From an uncultured delta proteobacterium (GTDB taxonomy: Bacteria; Myxococcota; Myxococcia; Myxococcales; Anaeromyxobacteraceae): 64,000 bases of DNA. Below the pieces are notes generated by a model. It saw only the letters and a list, made by a program, of their open reading frames with translations, did not search any database and was not told the origin of the DNA. Where the stretch lies: positions 32,001 to 96,000 of the forward strand of contig CAWFDF010000009.1 in assembly GCA_963814585.1 (NCBI GenBank), written 5' to 3'. This document shows positions 45,619 to 57,379 of the stretch, in pieces (position 1 is the stretch's first letter; each line of letters opens with the position of its first letter). The position numbers were made by a program, and so were the translations under genes.

Positions 45619-46365
45619 ATGTCCCGCACCGAACTGATCGCAGACGGCGCCGCCGCCGCAGCCGTCCTCACCGCGCCGGGTCGCGGCCTCGACCTGGTGG
45701 TGACCCGCCGGCGCAGCCTGGGCGCACTCGGCCTCGCCACCATCGCCTCGATCCTCTTCGCCCTCGCCGCCGCCCCCCGCCTCGACTTCGAGAAGGCCGC
45801 CTCGCGCCAGCTGGAGAAGGGTCCGGACGCGGCCGAGATGACGCCCTTCCAGCAGGAGGAGGCGGTCACCCAGGCCCGCAAGATCGGCACCATCGCCGTC
45901 TACGCCGGCTCCGTCTTCAGCCCGGCCATCTCGGTGCTGGTGGCCGCCTTCTGCCTCTGGCTCGGCTTCAAGGTGGCCGGGGCCGCGCCGCCGTTCAGGG
46001 GGACGCTGGCGGTGGCGGCCCACGGCCTGCTGCCGGTGCTGCTGGCGCCGCTGCTCGTCATCCCGGCCGTCATCGCCAGGGCGCCGGTCGATCCCGAGGC
46101 GCTGGGGCGCCTGCTGCCGTCGAGCCTGGCCGCCTTCCTGCCGGCCCAGGCGTCGCCGGTCCTGGTGGCCCTGGCCTCCTCGTTCGACGTCTTCTCCTTC
46201 TGGTCGCTGGCGCTGGTGACCATGGGGATGATCCGGCTCTCCGGCGCTTCACCGCGGCGCGCCGCCACCGTGGTCGGCCTGCTCTGGCTGGCGCAGGTCG
46301 CCCTCCTCCGCATCGCCCCCGCCGCCGCCCTGGCCGCCAGCCGCGGCCTGGCCGGGGGCGCCTGA
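45619..46365 (+). CDS. YIP1-family membrane protein (YknW-like)
   Basis: VLTAP, several TM helices, [19 protein letters not shown]; first gene of the exporter operon. Confidence 0.75.
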   Translation: MSRTELIADGAAAAAVLTAPGRGLDLVVTRRRSLGALGLATIASILFALAAAPRLDFEKAASRQLEKGPDAAEMTPFQQEEAVTQARKIGTIAVYAGSVFSPAISVLVAAFCLWLGFKVAGAAPPFRGTLAVAAHGLLPVLLAPLLVIPAVIARAPVDPEALGRLLPSSLAAFLPAQASPVLVALASSFDVFSFWSLALVTMGMIRLSGASPRRAATVVGLLWLAQVALLRIAPAAALAASRGLAGGA

Positions 46366-46370
46366 TCCCC

Positions 46371-47705
46371 ATGAACCGAACGCTCCTCGCCCTCGCCCTC
46401 GCCGCGCCGCTCGGCGCCGCCGCCGCCCCCATCACGCTCGACGAGGCGCTGGTGCTGGCCGCCCAGCACAGCCACGACCTCGGCATCGCCGAGGCCGACG
46501 CGCGGCTGGCCGGCGCCGACCAGCTCGGCGCCCTCCAGGGCGTGCTGCCGCGCCTCGACCTCGCCGCCAGCGGCGGCCGCCAGTACTTCGGCGCCAGCTC
46601 GGTCTCGCGGGTCGACCCCACCACCGGCTTCGTCATCCCGCCGGCCGACGCCTCGGACTACGGCGCCTACACCTTCAGCCTCAGCCTGACCCAGCCGCTC
46701 TTCGACCTGGCGGCCTTCAAGCGGCTCACCTCCTCCAAGGCCTCGGCCCGGGCCGCCAGCCGCAGCTACGACGAGTCCCGGCTGGCGGTGGCCTTCGACG
46801 TGACCCGCCGCTTCTACGAGCTGGTCAGGGCCGAGCGATCGCTGGGGGTGCTGGAGAAGGCGGCCCGGCGGAGCGGCGAGCTGGTGGAGCGGGCCGACGC
46901 CCTCTACGCCGCCGGCCGCGCCCAGAAGCTCGACACCCTGTCCGCCCGGGTGAACCTCGGCAACGACCGCATCGCGGTGGAGCAGGGGCGCACCCGCCTG
47001 GTCCAGGCCCGGTCCGACCTGGCCCTGGCCCTCGGCCAGCCCGGCAGCGACGCCATCGAGGTGGTGGCCCCCGCCGCGCTGGAGGCGCCCGGCCTGCCCG
47101 CCGGCGAGCCGCCGGCCCTGGAGGCGCTCCTGGCCACCGCCCGCGACCGGCGCCCCGCGCTGGCCGCCGCCGCGGCCCAGGTCGAGGCCGCCGACGCCGC
47201 GCTGGGGGTGTCCCGCGGCGGCTGGTGGCCCACCCTGGCGCTGCAGGGCAGCTACGCCCGCAGCGGCTACAACGCCACCGGCGACGGCGGCGTGGTCGGC
47301 GACCCCACCAAGGACTACGCCGCCACCGTCGGCCTGGTGCTCTCCTGGAACCTCTTCGCCGGCCGCTCCACCGAGGCCTCGGTGGGCCGCGCCGAGGCCG
47401 GCCTGGACCGCGCCCGCGCCACCGCCGCCAGGACCGTCGACGGCGTGGCCGGGCAGGTCTCCAGCGCCCGCCAGGCCGTGCTGGCCCAGGCCCGCCAGGT
47501 CTCGCTGGCCGCCGACAACTTCTCCGCCGCCGAGCAGTCGCTGTCGCTGGCCCGGCAGCGGTTCGACGCCGGGCTGGCCTCGCAGCTCGAGGTCCGCGAC
47601 GCCTCCCTGAAGTTCACCCAGGCCGAGCTCTCGCTCGTGCAAGCCCGCATCGACCACGCCGTCGCCACCGCCGACCTGGCGCGCGCCGTCGGAGGAGCCA
47701 TCTAG
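46371..47705 (+). CDS. TolC-family outer-membrane efflux protein
   Basis: [44 protein letters not shown]. Confidence 0.92.
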   Translation: MNRTLLALALAAPLGAAAAPITLDEALVLAAQHSHDLGIAEADARLAGADQLGALQGVLPRLDLAASGGRQYFGASSVSRVDPTTGFVIPPADASDYGAYTFSLSLTQPLFDLAAFKRLTSSKASARAASRSYDESRLAVAFDVTRRFYELVRAERSLGVLEKAARRSGELVERADALYAAGRAQKLDTLSARVNLGNDRIAVEQGRTRLVQARSDLALALGQPGSDAIEVVAPAALEAPGLPAGEPPALEALLATARDRRPALAAAAAQVEAADAALGVSRGGWWPTLALQGSYARSGYNATGDGGVVGDPTKDYAATVGLVLSWNLFAGRSTEASVGRAEAGLDRARATAARTVDGVAGQVSSARQAVLAQARQVSLAADNFSAAEQSLSLARQRFDAGLASQLEVRDASLKFTQAELSLVQARIDHAVATADLARAVGGAI

Positions 47706-49070
47706 ATGGACGCCCAGACCACGCCGCCCGCCCCGCCCGCCACCGCCGCCATCCGCATGAGCTGGCCCAAGCGGATCTTCGCCGTCCTCTTCGTGCTGGC
47801 CATCGCCGGCGTGGTGGCCGCCTCGCTCAAGCCCAAGGCGGAGCCGCCGGCCAAGGTGCAGGCCAGCCCGGCCCGCAAGGGGGCCATCACCAGGGTGGTC
47901 ACCGCCGGCGGCAAGCTGCAGGCCGCCACCGAGGTGAAGCTCTCCTCCAACATCACCGGCGATCTCGTCGAGCTGCTGATCCGCGAGGGCGACCGGGTGA
48001 CCCGCGGCCAGGTGCTCGGCCGCATCGACGCCCGCCGCTACGGCGCCCAGCTCAACCAGTCGGAGGCGGCCCGCAACAGCGCCGCCGCCGAGACCGAGGT
48101 GCAGAACGTCCGGGCCGCGCAGCTCAAGGCCGAGCTGGCCCGCGTCGAGCGGCTGGTGGCCAGCCAGAACGCCAGCGCCGCCGAGGCCGAGAAGGCCCGC
48201 GCCGAGCTGGACGGAGCCGTCGCCCAGGCCGCCGCCGCCGCGCAGCGCCTGGCCCAGGCCGACGCCGCGCTGCGCGAGGCCCGCCACCAGTTCTCGCTCA
48301 CCACCATCACCGCCCCCATGGACGGCATCGTCACCCAGCGGCTCAAGCAGGTCGGCGAGCGGGTGCGCGGCTCCGACTTCTCCGAGGACGTGCTGATGGT
48401 CATCTCCACCCTCTCCAAGATGGAGATGAAGATGGAGGTGGGCGAGCACGAGGTGGTCTACGTGAAGGAGGGCGACCCGGCCGAGGTCGAGATCGACGCC
48501 TTCACCGACCGCAAGTTCAAGGCCCAGGTGGTGGAGGTGGCCCGCAACGCCACCATCAAGAACCTCGGCACCGAGCAGGAGGTGACCACCTTCATCGTCC
48601 GCCTGGCGCTGGTCGACCAGGTCCCCGGCGCCCTGCCCGGCATGAGCGCGCAGGCCGCGGTCTCCACCGACACCCGCGCCGACGCCGTGGTGGTCCCCAT
48701 CCAGGCGGTCACCGTCCGCAGCGAGAAGGAGCTGGCGACGCCGGGGCCGTCGCCGGAGAAGGCCGAGCCGCAGCCGGCCCAGCCGGCGCCGGGCAAGAAG
48801 GCCCGGAAGGAGCGGCTGCAGAAGGTGGTCTTCGTGGTGGTGGACGGCGAGGTGAAGGCCCGCCCGGTGGAGACCGGCCTGGCCTCCGACACCGAGATCG
48901 AGCTGATCTCCGGCGTGAAGGAGGGCGAGGTGGTGGTGGAGGGGCCCTACCGCGTCCTGGCCCGCGACCTGGCCGACGGCAAGAAGGTCACCATCGACGC
49001 GCCCCCGGTCAAGCCGGGCGCCGAGGCGGGCAAGGACGCCGGCAAGGCCGACAAGGCCAAGGCGCCGTGA
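47706..49070 (+). CDS. Periplasmic adaptor (MacA/HlyD-like membrane fusion protein)
   Basis: N-terminal [13 protein letters not shown], coiled coil, [23 protein letters not shown]. Confidence 0.92.
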   Translation: MDAQTTPPAPPATAAIRMSWPKRIFAVLFVLAIAGVVAASLKPKAEPPAKVQASPARKGAITRVVTAGGKLQAATEVKLSSNITGDLVELLIREGDRVTRGQVLGRIDARRYGAQLNQSEAARNSAAAETEVQNVRAAQLKAELARVERLVASQNASAAEAEKARAELDGAVAQAAAAAQRLAQADAALREARHQFSLTTITAPMDGIVTQRLKQVGERVRGSDFSEDVLMVISTLSKMEMKMEVGEHEVVYVKEGDPAEVEIDAFTDRKFKAQVVEVARNATIKNLGTEQEVTTFIVRLALVDQVPGALPGMSAQAAVSTDTRADAVVVPIQAVTVRSEKELATPGPSPEKAEPQPAQPAPGKKARKERLQKVVFVVVDGEVKARPVETGLASDTEIELISGVKEGEVVVEGPYRVLARDLADGKKVTIDAPPVKPGAEAGKDAGKADKAKAP

Positions 49071-49075
49071 ACGCC

Positions 49076-49800
<725 letters not shown>

Positions 49801-49804
<4 letters not shown>

Positions 49805-51051
49805 GGCCCGCCTGGCAGCGGACGGTGTCGGAGTGGGTGGAGGGCGTCCGCATCGCCCTCTCCTCGCTGGCCGCCAACCACCTGCGCACCTTCCTCACCA
49901 CGCTCGGCATCGTCATCGGCGTGATGACGGTGATCGCCATCATCGCCATCATCGACGGGCTCAACCAGAGCTTCGCCACCCAGATCGGCAACCTCGGGAC
50001 GCACACCCTCTACGTCGACAAGTGGCAGTGGATCAACACCCGCGACGACTGGTGGAACATGCGCAACCGCAAGAACATGGGGCGCGAGGAGCTGGAGGCC
50101 ATCGAGCGCGAGGCCGGCGAGGCGCTGGCGGTGGCCCCCATGGCCGGGCGGCCCGTCAGCGTGGCCGCCGGCGACGTGGAGCTGGAGCGGATCCGCTGCA
50201 CCGGCACCAACGAGCGCTACCTGGAGACCGGCGGGGGCACGGTGGCGGCGGGCCGCTTCCTCGGCCCCTCCGACGTCGAGCTCTCGCGCAGCGTGGTGGT
50301 GCTGGGGGCCGACGTGGCCGACCGGCTCTTCCCCCGGGTGCCGCTGGAGCAGGTGGTGGGGAAGCGGGTGCGGGTGCGCGGCGACCCGTACTCGGTGATC
50401 GGCGTCATGGCGCGGCGCGGGCGGATGCTGGGGATGGACCTGGACACCAACGTCACCGTCCCCTTCACCACCTTCCTGCGCGACATGGGAGGCAAGCGCT
50501 CCATCACCATCGCGGTGACCTCGGCGCCGGGGCGGCTGGCGGCGCTCGAGGACGAGCTGGTCGGGGTGCTGCGCCGGGCGCGGCGGGTCCCGCCGGAGAA
50601 GGGCGACGACTTCTCCATCAACCGCCAGGACCAGTTCCTCAAGCTCTACAACCAGCTCACCGGCGCCCTCTACGGCGTGGCGGTGGGCGTCGGCCTGATC
50701 ACGCTCATCGTCGGCGGCATCGGCATCATGAACATCATGATGGTCTCGGTGACCGAGCGGACCCGCGAGATCGGCGTGCGGCGCGCCCTGGGGGCGAGGA
50801 AGCGCACCATCCTGCTGCAGTTCCTCATCGAGTCCTCGGTGGTGGCGGCGCTGGGCGGCGCGGTGGGCACCGGCCTCGGCCTCGGCGTGGCGGTGCTGGT
50901 GGCGCTGCTCTCGCCGCTGGCGGCGGCGGTGACGCCCGGGGCGGTGGCGCTCGGGCTGGGCTTCTCGGCCACGGTCGGGCTGCTCTTCGGCATCTGGCCG
51001 GCCTGGCGGGCCGCCAACCTCGATCCGGTGGAGGCGCTGCGCTACGAATGA
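49801..51051 (+). CDS. MacB-like ABC permease
   Basis: [45 protein letters not shown]. Confidence 0.93.
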
Positions 51052-52283
51052 CCCGGCTCCTCGACAACGTGACCATGGCGCTCGGCACCCTCCGGGCCAA
51101 CCCGCTCCGCTCCCTGCTCACCCTGCTCGGCATCGTCATCGGCGCCGGCACGGTGGTGGCGATGATGTCGCTCACCGAGGGGCTGCGTCTCAAGGTCACC
51201 ACCGACTTCGCCATGCTCGGCCCCGGCACCTTCCAGGTGCAGAAGTGGCCGGCCCCCGGCACCTTCGGCCACCGCGACTGGCGCAAGTACGATCAGCGCC
51301 GCCCCATCACCCGCGAGCAGGGCGAGGCGCTGCGGGACCTCCCCCACATCCGGCTGGTCTCGATCGAGGAGTACCCCAACCGGCCCGAGGCGGTGTCCAC
51401 CCGCAAGAAGTCCACCAAGCAGAACGTCGACGTCGGCGGCGTGCTCCCCGACTACCTGGAGGCCAACGGCGTCACCATCGCCCAGGGGCGGTTCATCACC
51501 GACGGCGACGTGGAGCTGGGGCGCCGGGTGGTGGTGATCGGCGCCGACGTGGCCGACGTCCTCTTCCCCGACGGGCAGGCGCTGGGCGAGGAGGTCCGGC
51601 TGCGCGGCCGGCCCTTCGAGGTGGTCGGCGTGGCCCAGCGGCAGGGCAGCGTGCTGGGGCTCAAGTCCAAGGACGGCTGGGCGATGATGCCGTGGCCGGC
51701 CTACGAGGTGGCCTTCGGCCGGAACCCCAACAACAACGTGGCGCTGGTGGCCAGCTCGCCGGAGGACATCCAGAAGGCCATCGACGAGGTGGTGACCCGG
51801 CTGCGGCGGCTGCGCGGCCTCGCCCCCGGCGAGGAGAACGACTTCGACTACTACACCAACGAGTCGGCCACCGAGACGCTCGACCAGCTCATCACCATGA
51901 TCGGCGCGGCCACCTTCGGCGTCTGCGCGCTGGCGCTGCTGGTGGGCGGCATCGGCATCATGAACATCATGCTGGTCTCGGTCACCGAGCGGACCCGGGA
52001 GATCGGCGTCCGCAAGGCGCTGGGGGCGCGGCGCGGCCGCATCCTGGCCCAGTTCCTCTTCGAGGCGGTGACGCTCTCGGCGCTGGGCGGCCTGCTCGGG
52101 GTGCTGCTGGGCGGCGGCGTGGCGGTGGGGCTGCGCGAGGTGATGTCGGTTCCGACGAGCATCCCGGCGTGGGCGGTGCTACTGTCGCTCTTCACCGCGT
52201 GCGGGGCCGGTCTGCTCTTCGGCATCTACCCCGCGGCCCGGGCCTCGCGCCTGGACCCCGTCGAGGCGATGCGGACCGAATAG
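51048..52283 (+). CDS. MacB-like ABC permease (second paralog)
   Basis: [44 protein letters not shown]. Confidence 0.93.
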   Translation: MTRLLDNVTMALGTLRANPLRSLLTLLGIVIGAGTVVAMMSLTEGLRLKVTTDFAMLGPGTFQVQKWPAPGTFGHRDWRKYDQRRPITREQGEALRDLPHIRLVSIEEYPNRPEAVSTRKKSTKQNVDVGGVLPDYLEANGVTIAQGRFITDGDVELGRRVVVIGADVADVLFPDGQALGEEVRLRGRPFEVVGVAQRQGSVLGLKSKDGWAMMPWPAYEVAFGRNPNNNVALVASSPEDIQKAIDEVVTRLRRLRGLAPGEENDFDYYTNESATETLDQLITMIGAATFGVCALALLVGGIGIMNIMLVSVTERTREIGVRKALGARRGRILAQFLFEAVTLSALGGLLGVLLGGGVAVGLREVMSVPTSIPAWAVLLSLFTACGAGLLFGIYPAARASRLDPVEAMRTE

Positions 52284-52297
52284 GAGCGGCCAGCCGC

Positions 52298-52987
52298 GTG
52301 GATCGTGCCAAGTTGAAGAGCGAGGTGAAGGGCTGGGTCTTCACCATCCTCGCGGTGCTGGCCTTCCGGACGTTCCTCTTCGAGGCGGTCTACATCCCCT
52401 CCGGCTCGATGCTCCCGACGCTGCAGATCGGCGACTACGTGGTGGTGGAGAAGTGGGCCTACGGCGCCCGCCTCCCCTTCACCGCCACCGCCCAGCTCGG
52501 CTGGGCGACGCCGGAGCGCGGCGACATCGTGGTCTTCCTCAACCCCAACGGCGGCTCGGGCGCCGACGACCTGATCAAGCGGGTGGTCGGCGTGGGCGGC
52601 GACGTGGTGGAGATCCGCGACGGCCGGCTGGTGGTCAACCACCGCCCGGTGGAGCGGGCCGCGGTGCCGGGCCCCTGCACCTACTGGAACCGGCCCGACC
52701 GCGGCGGCTGGGTGGAGGAGCCCTGCACCGACTTCGTCGAGAAGCTCGACGGCCACGCCTACCACACCCACTGCACCCCCGACCGGCCCTGCGGGGACGT
52801 GATCCGGCAGGTGGTGCCGGAGGGGCACGTCTTCCTGGCCGGCGACCACCGCGACCACTCCGCCGACAGCCGGGTCTTCGGCCCGGTGCCGGTGGGGCGG
52901 ATCAAGGGGCGGGCCTGGGTGGCGCTGCTCTCCTGGGGGCCGAACGGGCCGCGCTGGGACCGGCTGTTCCACGGGGTGAAGCACTAG
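52298..52987 (+). CDS. lepB: Signal peptidase I
   Basis: IPSGSMLPTL, LIKRVVG, GDHRDHSADSR. Confidence 0.93.
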   Translation: MDRAKLKSEVKGWVFTILAVLAFRTFLFEAVYIPSGSMLPTLQIGDYVVVEKWAYGARLPFTATAQLGWATPERGDIVVFLNPNGGSGADDLIKRVVGVGGDVVEIRDGRLVVNHRPVERAAVPGPCTYWNRPDRGGWVEEPCTDFVEKLDGHAYHTHCTPDRPCGDVIRQVVPEGHVFLAGDHRDHSADSRVFGPVPVGRIKGRAWVALLSWGPNGPRWDRLFHGVKH

Positions 52988-53005
52988 GCTGAGGCCCCTC
53001 GATGG

Positions 53006-53159
53006 CGATTCCCGACGTCGGGAATCGGCCGTCCCGGAGGCCCCTCCTCTGCGACCTCTGACGTCAGAAACGGACCCAGAGTCAAACGGAGAACTGCCGC
53101 TGGAACTGCAGTGAGTTGCCGAGCAACGCGGACTCAAAGTCACCTTGGGCGCCCAAGGT
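53006..53159. repeat. Three perfect palindromes left of the IS
   Basis: CGATTCCCGACGTCGGGAATCG (53006-53027), TCTGACGTCAGA (53057-53068), ACCTTGGGCGCCCAAGGT (53142-53159). Confidence 0.85.
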
Positions 53160-53207
53160 TGCGAAGGAAGGGCTCCAGGCGGGGTGGGTCATTTTCATTT
53201 CGGGCGC

Positions 53208-54490
53208 GGTCCAGACCGGCTACATCGGTAACGGGCAGACCGGAGACATGGGTAACAGTCTCGGCCCATGCCCTGGACCCAGACCGACCCGATGAGCGAG
53301 CGACTTCGATTCGTGATGGCGCAGCGCAAGCGCAGGTCCACGTTCAGCAGCCTCTGCGCTGCGTTCGGCGTGGCACCGAAGACGGGCTACAAGTGGTTGC
53401 ACCAGTTCGAGGCGTCCGGTGTCGCTGGGCTGCAGGACCGCTCCCGCCGGCCCAAGGGCAACAGCCGAAGCATCTCCGCGACCATGGGCGAGCGCCTGGT
53501 GGAGCTGCGTGGCTTCCATCCCACCTGGGGTCCCAAGAAGCTCGTCGCGTGGCTCGAGGCCAACGAGCGCTGGTGGGATGTGCCGGCTGCGAGCACGGTG
53601 GGCGAACTGCTGAAGCGGCGTGGCCTGGTGAACTCGCGCAAGCGCCAGCGGCATCAGCAACCTCGCACCGATCCGCTGCGCCACGCGGACAAGCCCAACG
53701 CCGTCTGGGCAATGGACTTCAAAGGGTGGTTCCGGCTTGGCGACGGCAGTCGCTGCGATCCACTGACCATCACCGACGCGTTCAGCCGCTACCTCATCTG
53801 CTGCAAGGCCGGGGCGTTGGTGGGCGATGAGGTCTCCAGGGACGTCTGGTGGGCGCTGGTACGAGCATTCCGCGAGTACGGGATACCAACCGCCATCCGC
53901 GTCGACAACGGTCAGCCTTGGGTGGCCCCCAAGGGAAGCCTCGGCCTCACCCAGCTCGCGGTGAAGATCCTGAAGGCCGACATCGCGCTCGAGCGCATCC
54001 GGCCTGCCAAGCCGCAAGACAACGGACGGCACGAGAGATTCCACCTGACGTTGAAGCAGGAGACGGCACAGCCTCCCTCCGAGACGATGCGCGCGCAGCA
54101 GGATCGCTTCGACCTCTTCCAGCGCGAGTACAACCAGGAGCGCCCGCACGAAGCCCTGCAGCAGCGTCCACCAGGTCAGGTTTACGTCGGCTCGCGACGA
54201 GCATTCCCGAGCCGCCTCCCCGAGCCTGAATACCCGAACTGGTACTCCACCGTTGCTCTCAACCCTGGAGGCCTGATGCGACTTGGAGGCACGACCTACT
54301 TCATCAGCACCGCGCTCGAAGGCGAGAGAGTCGGCTTCGTCGAAGTCGAGGAGGGATGCTTTGAGCTCTACTTCTGCAAGATGCTCCTCGGCCGCATCCA
54401 CGTCGCACACCCTGAACTTGGCTTCATCGCCGCCTGAGGACTGTTACCGATGTCTCCGGTCTGGTCGTTACCCATGTTTCCGGTTGCACC
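53208..54490 (+). mobile_element. IS481-family insertion sequence
   Basis: Two about 21-nt repeats at each end in inverted orientation (53212-53232, 53236-53256; 54443-54463, 54467-54490) flank a transposase; lower GC than the host. Confidence 0.88.
53268..54437 (+). CDS. IS481-family DDE transposase
   Basis: MPW start, HTH (LCAAFGVAPKTGYKW), WGPKKL, WAMDFKG, IRVDNG, NGRHERFH, YNQERPHEAL. Confidence 0.93.
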   Translation: MPWTQTDPMSERLRFVMAQRKRRSTFSSLCAAFGVAPKTGYKWLHQFEASGVAGLQDRSRRPKGNSRSISATMGERLVELRGFHPTWGPKKLVAWLEANERWWDVPAASTVGELLKRRGLVNSRKRQRHQQPRTDPLRHADKPNAVWAMDFKGWFRLGDGSRCDPLTITDAFSRYLICCKAGALVGDEVSRDVWWALVRAFREYGIPTAIRVDNGQPWVAPKGSLGLTQLAVKILKADIALERIRPAKPQDNGRHERFHLTLKQETAQPPSETMRAQQDRFDLFQREYNQERPHEALQQRPPGQVYVGSRRAFPSRLPEPEYPNWYSTVALNPGGLMRLGGTTYFISTALEGERVGFVEVEEGCFELYFCKMLLGRIHVAHPELGFIAA

Positions 54491-54523
54491 TTGACTGAAC
54501 CGGCAGTGCGGGCGCTTGAGTGG

Positions 54524-54593
54524 AGTCCAAACGTTTGGACTGGTCCGCCAGTTGCGGCCACCCGTACCCTGAGTTGGTTCTGACGTCAGAACC
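54524..54593. repeat. Two perfect 18-bp palindromes right of the IS
   Basis: AGTCCAAACGTTTGGACT (54524-54541), GGTTCTGACGTCAGAACC (54576-54593). Confidence 0.85.
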
Positions 54594-54670
54594 GCCCTCT
54601 GAGTACGTTCAGGCCACGGCTCGATCGATGACCTCGCCCTCCGCGGAGCCGCCCGCCGCCGCGGACCCTT

Positions 54671-54752
54671 CGCAGCGCCTCTCGCTCGCCATCCGGCGCC
54701 GCCGCCTCGCACTCCCCCTCGCAATGCCTCTCGCTCGCCGTCCGGCGCCGCC
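54671..54752 (+). repeat. 33-nt direct repeat, 2 copies, period 49
   Basis: cgcagcgcctctcgctcgccatccggcgccgcc vs cgcaatgcctctcgctcgccgtccggcgccgcc. Confidence 0.7.
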
Positions 54753-54838
54753 ATCCCCGCGCGACCGTTTCTCTGGCCCCCACCCCCCGCCCGCGCCATG
54801 TCCTCCCCGGCGTCGTCGCGCCCCCCGAGGAGCCTTCC

Positions 54839-55273
54839 CTGGCCGAGCTCAAGACCAAGGTCCGCACCGCCAGCGCCAGCGCCTACCTGGCGGCCCTCCC
54901 CGACCCGCGCCGCCGCAAGGACGCAAGGACCGTCGCCGCGCTGATGCGCCGGCTCACCGGCAGCCCGGCCAGGCGCTGGGGGCCGAGCATCATCGGCTTC
55001 GGCCAGGTCCGGCTCCGCTACGCCAGCGGGCGCGAGCTCGACTGGTTCCTGGTCGGCTTCGCGCCGCGCCGGCCGGCCATGGTGCTCTACCTCGGCCTCG
55101 GCGACCTGCTCACCGCGGCGGCCTTGAAGAAGCTCGGCCCCCACCAGCGCGGCCCCAATGCCAACTCGGGCTGCCTCTACCTGAAGACGCTCGAGGGGGT
55201 CGAACTCAAGGTGCTCGAGGGGCTGGTGCGCACCGCCATCGAGCGGGTGCGCGCCAGGGCCGTCAAAGGCTGA
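54839..55273 (+). CDS. DUF1801-domain protein, apparent CTG start
   Basis: (M)AELKTK...WGPSIIGFG...YASGRELDW...GFAPR...GCLYLKTL; GAGGAG RBS 6 nt before CTG. Confidence 0.8.
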   Translation: MAELKTKVRTASASAYLAALPDPRRRKDARTVAALMRRLTGSPARRWGPSIIGFGQVRLRYASGRELDWFLVGFAPRRPAMVLYLGLGDLLTAAALKKLGPHQRGPNANSGCLYLKTLEGVELKVLEGLVRTAIERVRARAVKG

Positions 55274-55897
55274 GCCTCCCGCACGCCGCCCTCACCGCCT
55301 CGACCGCCGTCCCCACCGCCGCCGCAACGGCCGGCGTGAGCCCCTCGCCGACGAGATCCATCACCTCCGCCTCCACCAGCACCAGCTCGATCCGCCCCGG
55401 CACCGGCGCCCCGGAGGCCCGCGCCAGCGCCAGGGCCGACGGCAGCCCGACGGCGTGCGGCGACGGGCCGGCCGGCGTGTGGAGCGCCTCGAGCGGCAGG
55501 GCGTGGACGGTGCCGGGCGGGTGCTGGCCGGTCTGGATGGCGTCCACCACCACCACCCGGTCGAACCCCTCCATGTCGTCGAGCAGGTAGAGCCCGGCCC
55601 GCGCACTCACCTTCACGGCCGCCCCCGGCGGCGGCGCCGCCTCGAGCACCCTCGCCACGTGGAGCGCCACCGCGTCGTCGCGGCGCAGCGGGTTGCCGAG
55701 GCAGAGGACCAGCAGTGCGTCGCTCGCGTCCTGCGCGATCGGCCGCGTGGGCCGGGGGTGAGCCGGCTGCCGGCGGAGCGGGTGCGGCGGAGCGGGTGCG
55801 GTGGAGCGGATGCCGGGGAGCGGGCGCCGAGGGCGGGTGCAGTAGGGCGTGAGGTCGGCGCGGTGCCGGTGGGCGCAGGTGCCACCGGGCGCCTCAC
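55263..55897 (-). CDS. Hydrogenase maturation protease; start/frameshift uncertain
   Basis: LCLGNPLRRDDAVA, VVVVDAI, SPHAVG; the likely GTG start at 55897 is out of frame with the core. Confidence 0.8.
55760..55842. repeat. About 14-nt tandem repeat, 5-6 degenerate copies
   Basis: - strand units gcgcccgctccccg / gcatccgctccacc / gcacccgctccgcc / gcacccgctccgcc. Confidence 0.7.
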
Positions 55898-57379
55898 GGC
55901 TGCTCCTCGGGCACCCGCTGCCGCAGCACCTCGCGCACGTCGCCGCGGCGCGTCCTTCACCGTCACCACCAGCGGGAGCTCCCCCGGCAGCGAGTGCGAG
56001 GCGCAGGCGTTGCACGGGTCGTAGGCGCGGAAGGCCATCTCCAGCTGGTTGAGCAGGCCGTCGTTCACCACGCCGTCGCGGATCAGGCCGCGCGCCGCCT
56101 TGCGGACCGAGACCTGGACCGGCGCGGCGTTGTGCTGCGAGGCCACCACCAGGTTGACCGCGGTGAGCAGGCCGTCGGCCCCGGCCCGGTAGTGGTGGAT
56201 GAGCGTGCCGCGCGGCGCCTCGACCACCCCCACCCCCTCGGCCGGGCCGGTCAGCGGCCTCGGCACGGTGCGGACGTCGCGCGACGCCAGCAGCGGGTCG
56301 TCGACCGCCGCCGCGACGCGCTCGGCCGCCTGCAGCGCCTCCACCAGGCGCGCCCAGTGGAAGGCCAGGGTCTGGTGGGCCGGCCAGCCCAGCGCCTCGA
56401 AGAGCCGCTGCCGCTCGGCCTCGGCCAGCGGCGTGGCCATGGCGGTGGCCACGTTGAGCCGGGCCAGCGGCCCGACCCGGTAGAGGCCGCTCAGGTCACC
56501 TTCGGTGAAGCCGGTCCAGCCCTTCGACTTGAGGAAGGTGAACTTGGCGTAGGTCCAGGGCTCGACCCGCTCGGCCAGGTGCTCGAGGTAGTCGCGGGGG
56601 GCGAAGCGCAGCTGCTCGGCCCCGGCGGTGTCCACCACCCGCAGCGTGCCGTCGAGGAAGGTGAGCCGGCCGCCCTGGTCCACCATCCCCAGCGAGTGGG
56701 TGCGCAGGCGGTAGACCTCGCTGCCGATGGCGGCGAGGTACTCGCGCTGCCCCAGCACCGCCGCGCGGAAGGACTCGAGGGTGTCGACCGAGAACTGCAC
56801 CAGCCGGGGCGCCGCCTCGCGCAGCTGCGCCAGCGCCTCGGCCGGCATGGGGCGGGAGCAGCCCCCGGGGAGGGCGAAGACCGGGTGGACGGTCCGGCCG
56901 CTGATGGCCGCCATCAGGTCGCGGGCCTCCTTGCGGACCGAGAGGATGCGCCCTCCCAGCGAGGCGCCGACCCGCGCCAGCACGCCGAGGATGTTGCGCA
57001 GCGGCGCCGGCGCCTGGGGGCCGACCACGAAGTCGGGCCCGCCCATGTACCAGTAGTGGAGGAGGTGGTCCTCGAAGATGAAGAGGTCGTAGTAGAGCCG
57101 CTGCAGCGCCAGCGCCGCCGGTGGCGGCGTCACCCCGTAGAGGGCGTCGAGCGCCCGCACCGAGGCCAGGTGGTGGGCGGCGGGGCAGACCCCGCAGACG
57201 TGGGCGGTGAGCTGGGGCATCTCCTCGGCCGGGCGCCCCACGCAGAACCGCTCGAAGCCGCGCAGCTCCGGGATCTGCAGGAAGGCGTGCTGGGCGTTCC
57301 CCTGCTCGTCGAGCAGGATCTCCACCTTGCCGTGCCCCTCCAGCCGGGTGATGGGGTCGATGGTGATCCGGCGCGTCAT
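55894..57379 (-). CDS. mvhA: [NiFe] hydrogenase large subunit, group 3c (MvhA-like); apparent frameshift near 55948 in the C-terminal tail
   Basis: IDPITRLEGHGK, ELRGFE, HVCGVCPAAH, YRVGPLARLN, EAPRGTLIHHY, RAYDPCNACASH. Confidence 0.9.

Noticed and set aside
52988..53207. tRNA as an integration site beside the IS
   Set aside because: No cloverleaf, T-loop GTTCGA or CCA end found.
54671..54752. Possible mini CRISPR array
   Set aside because: Only two repeats, a 16-nt spacer, no cas genes and no leader.
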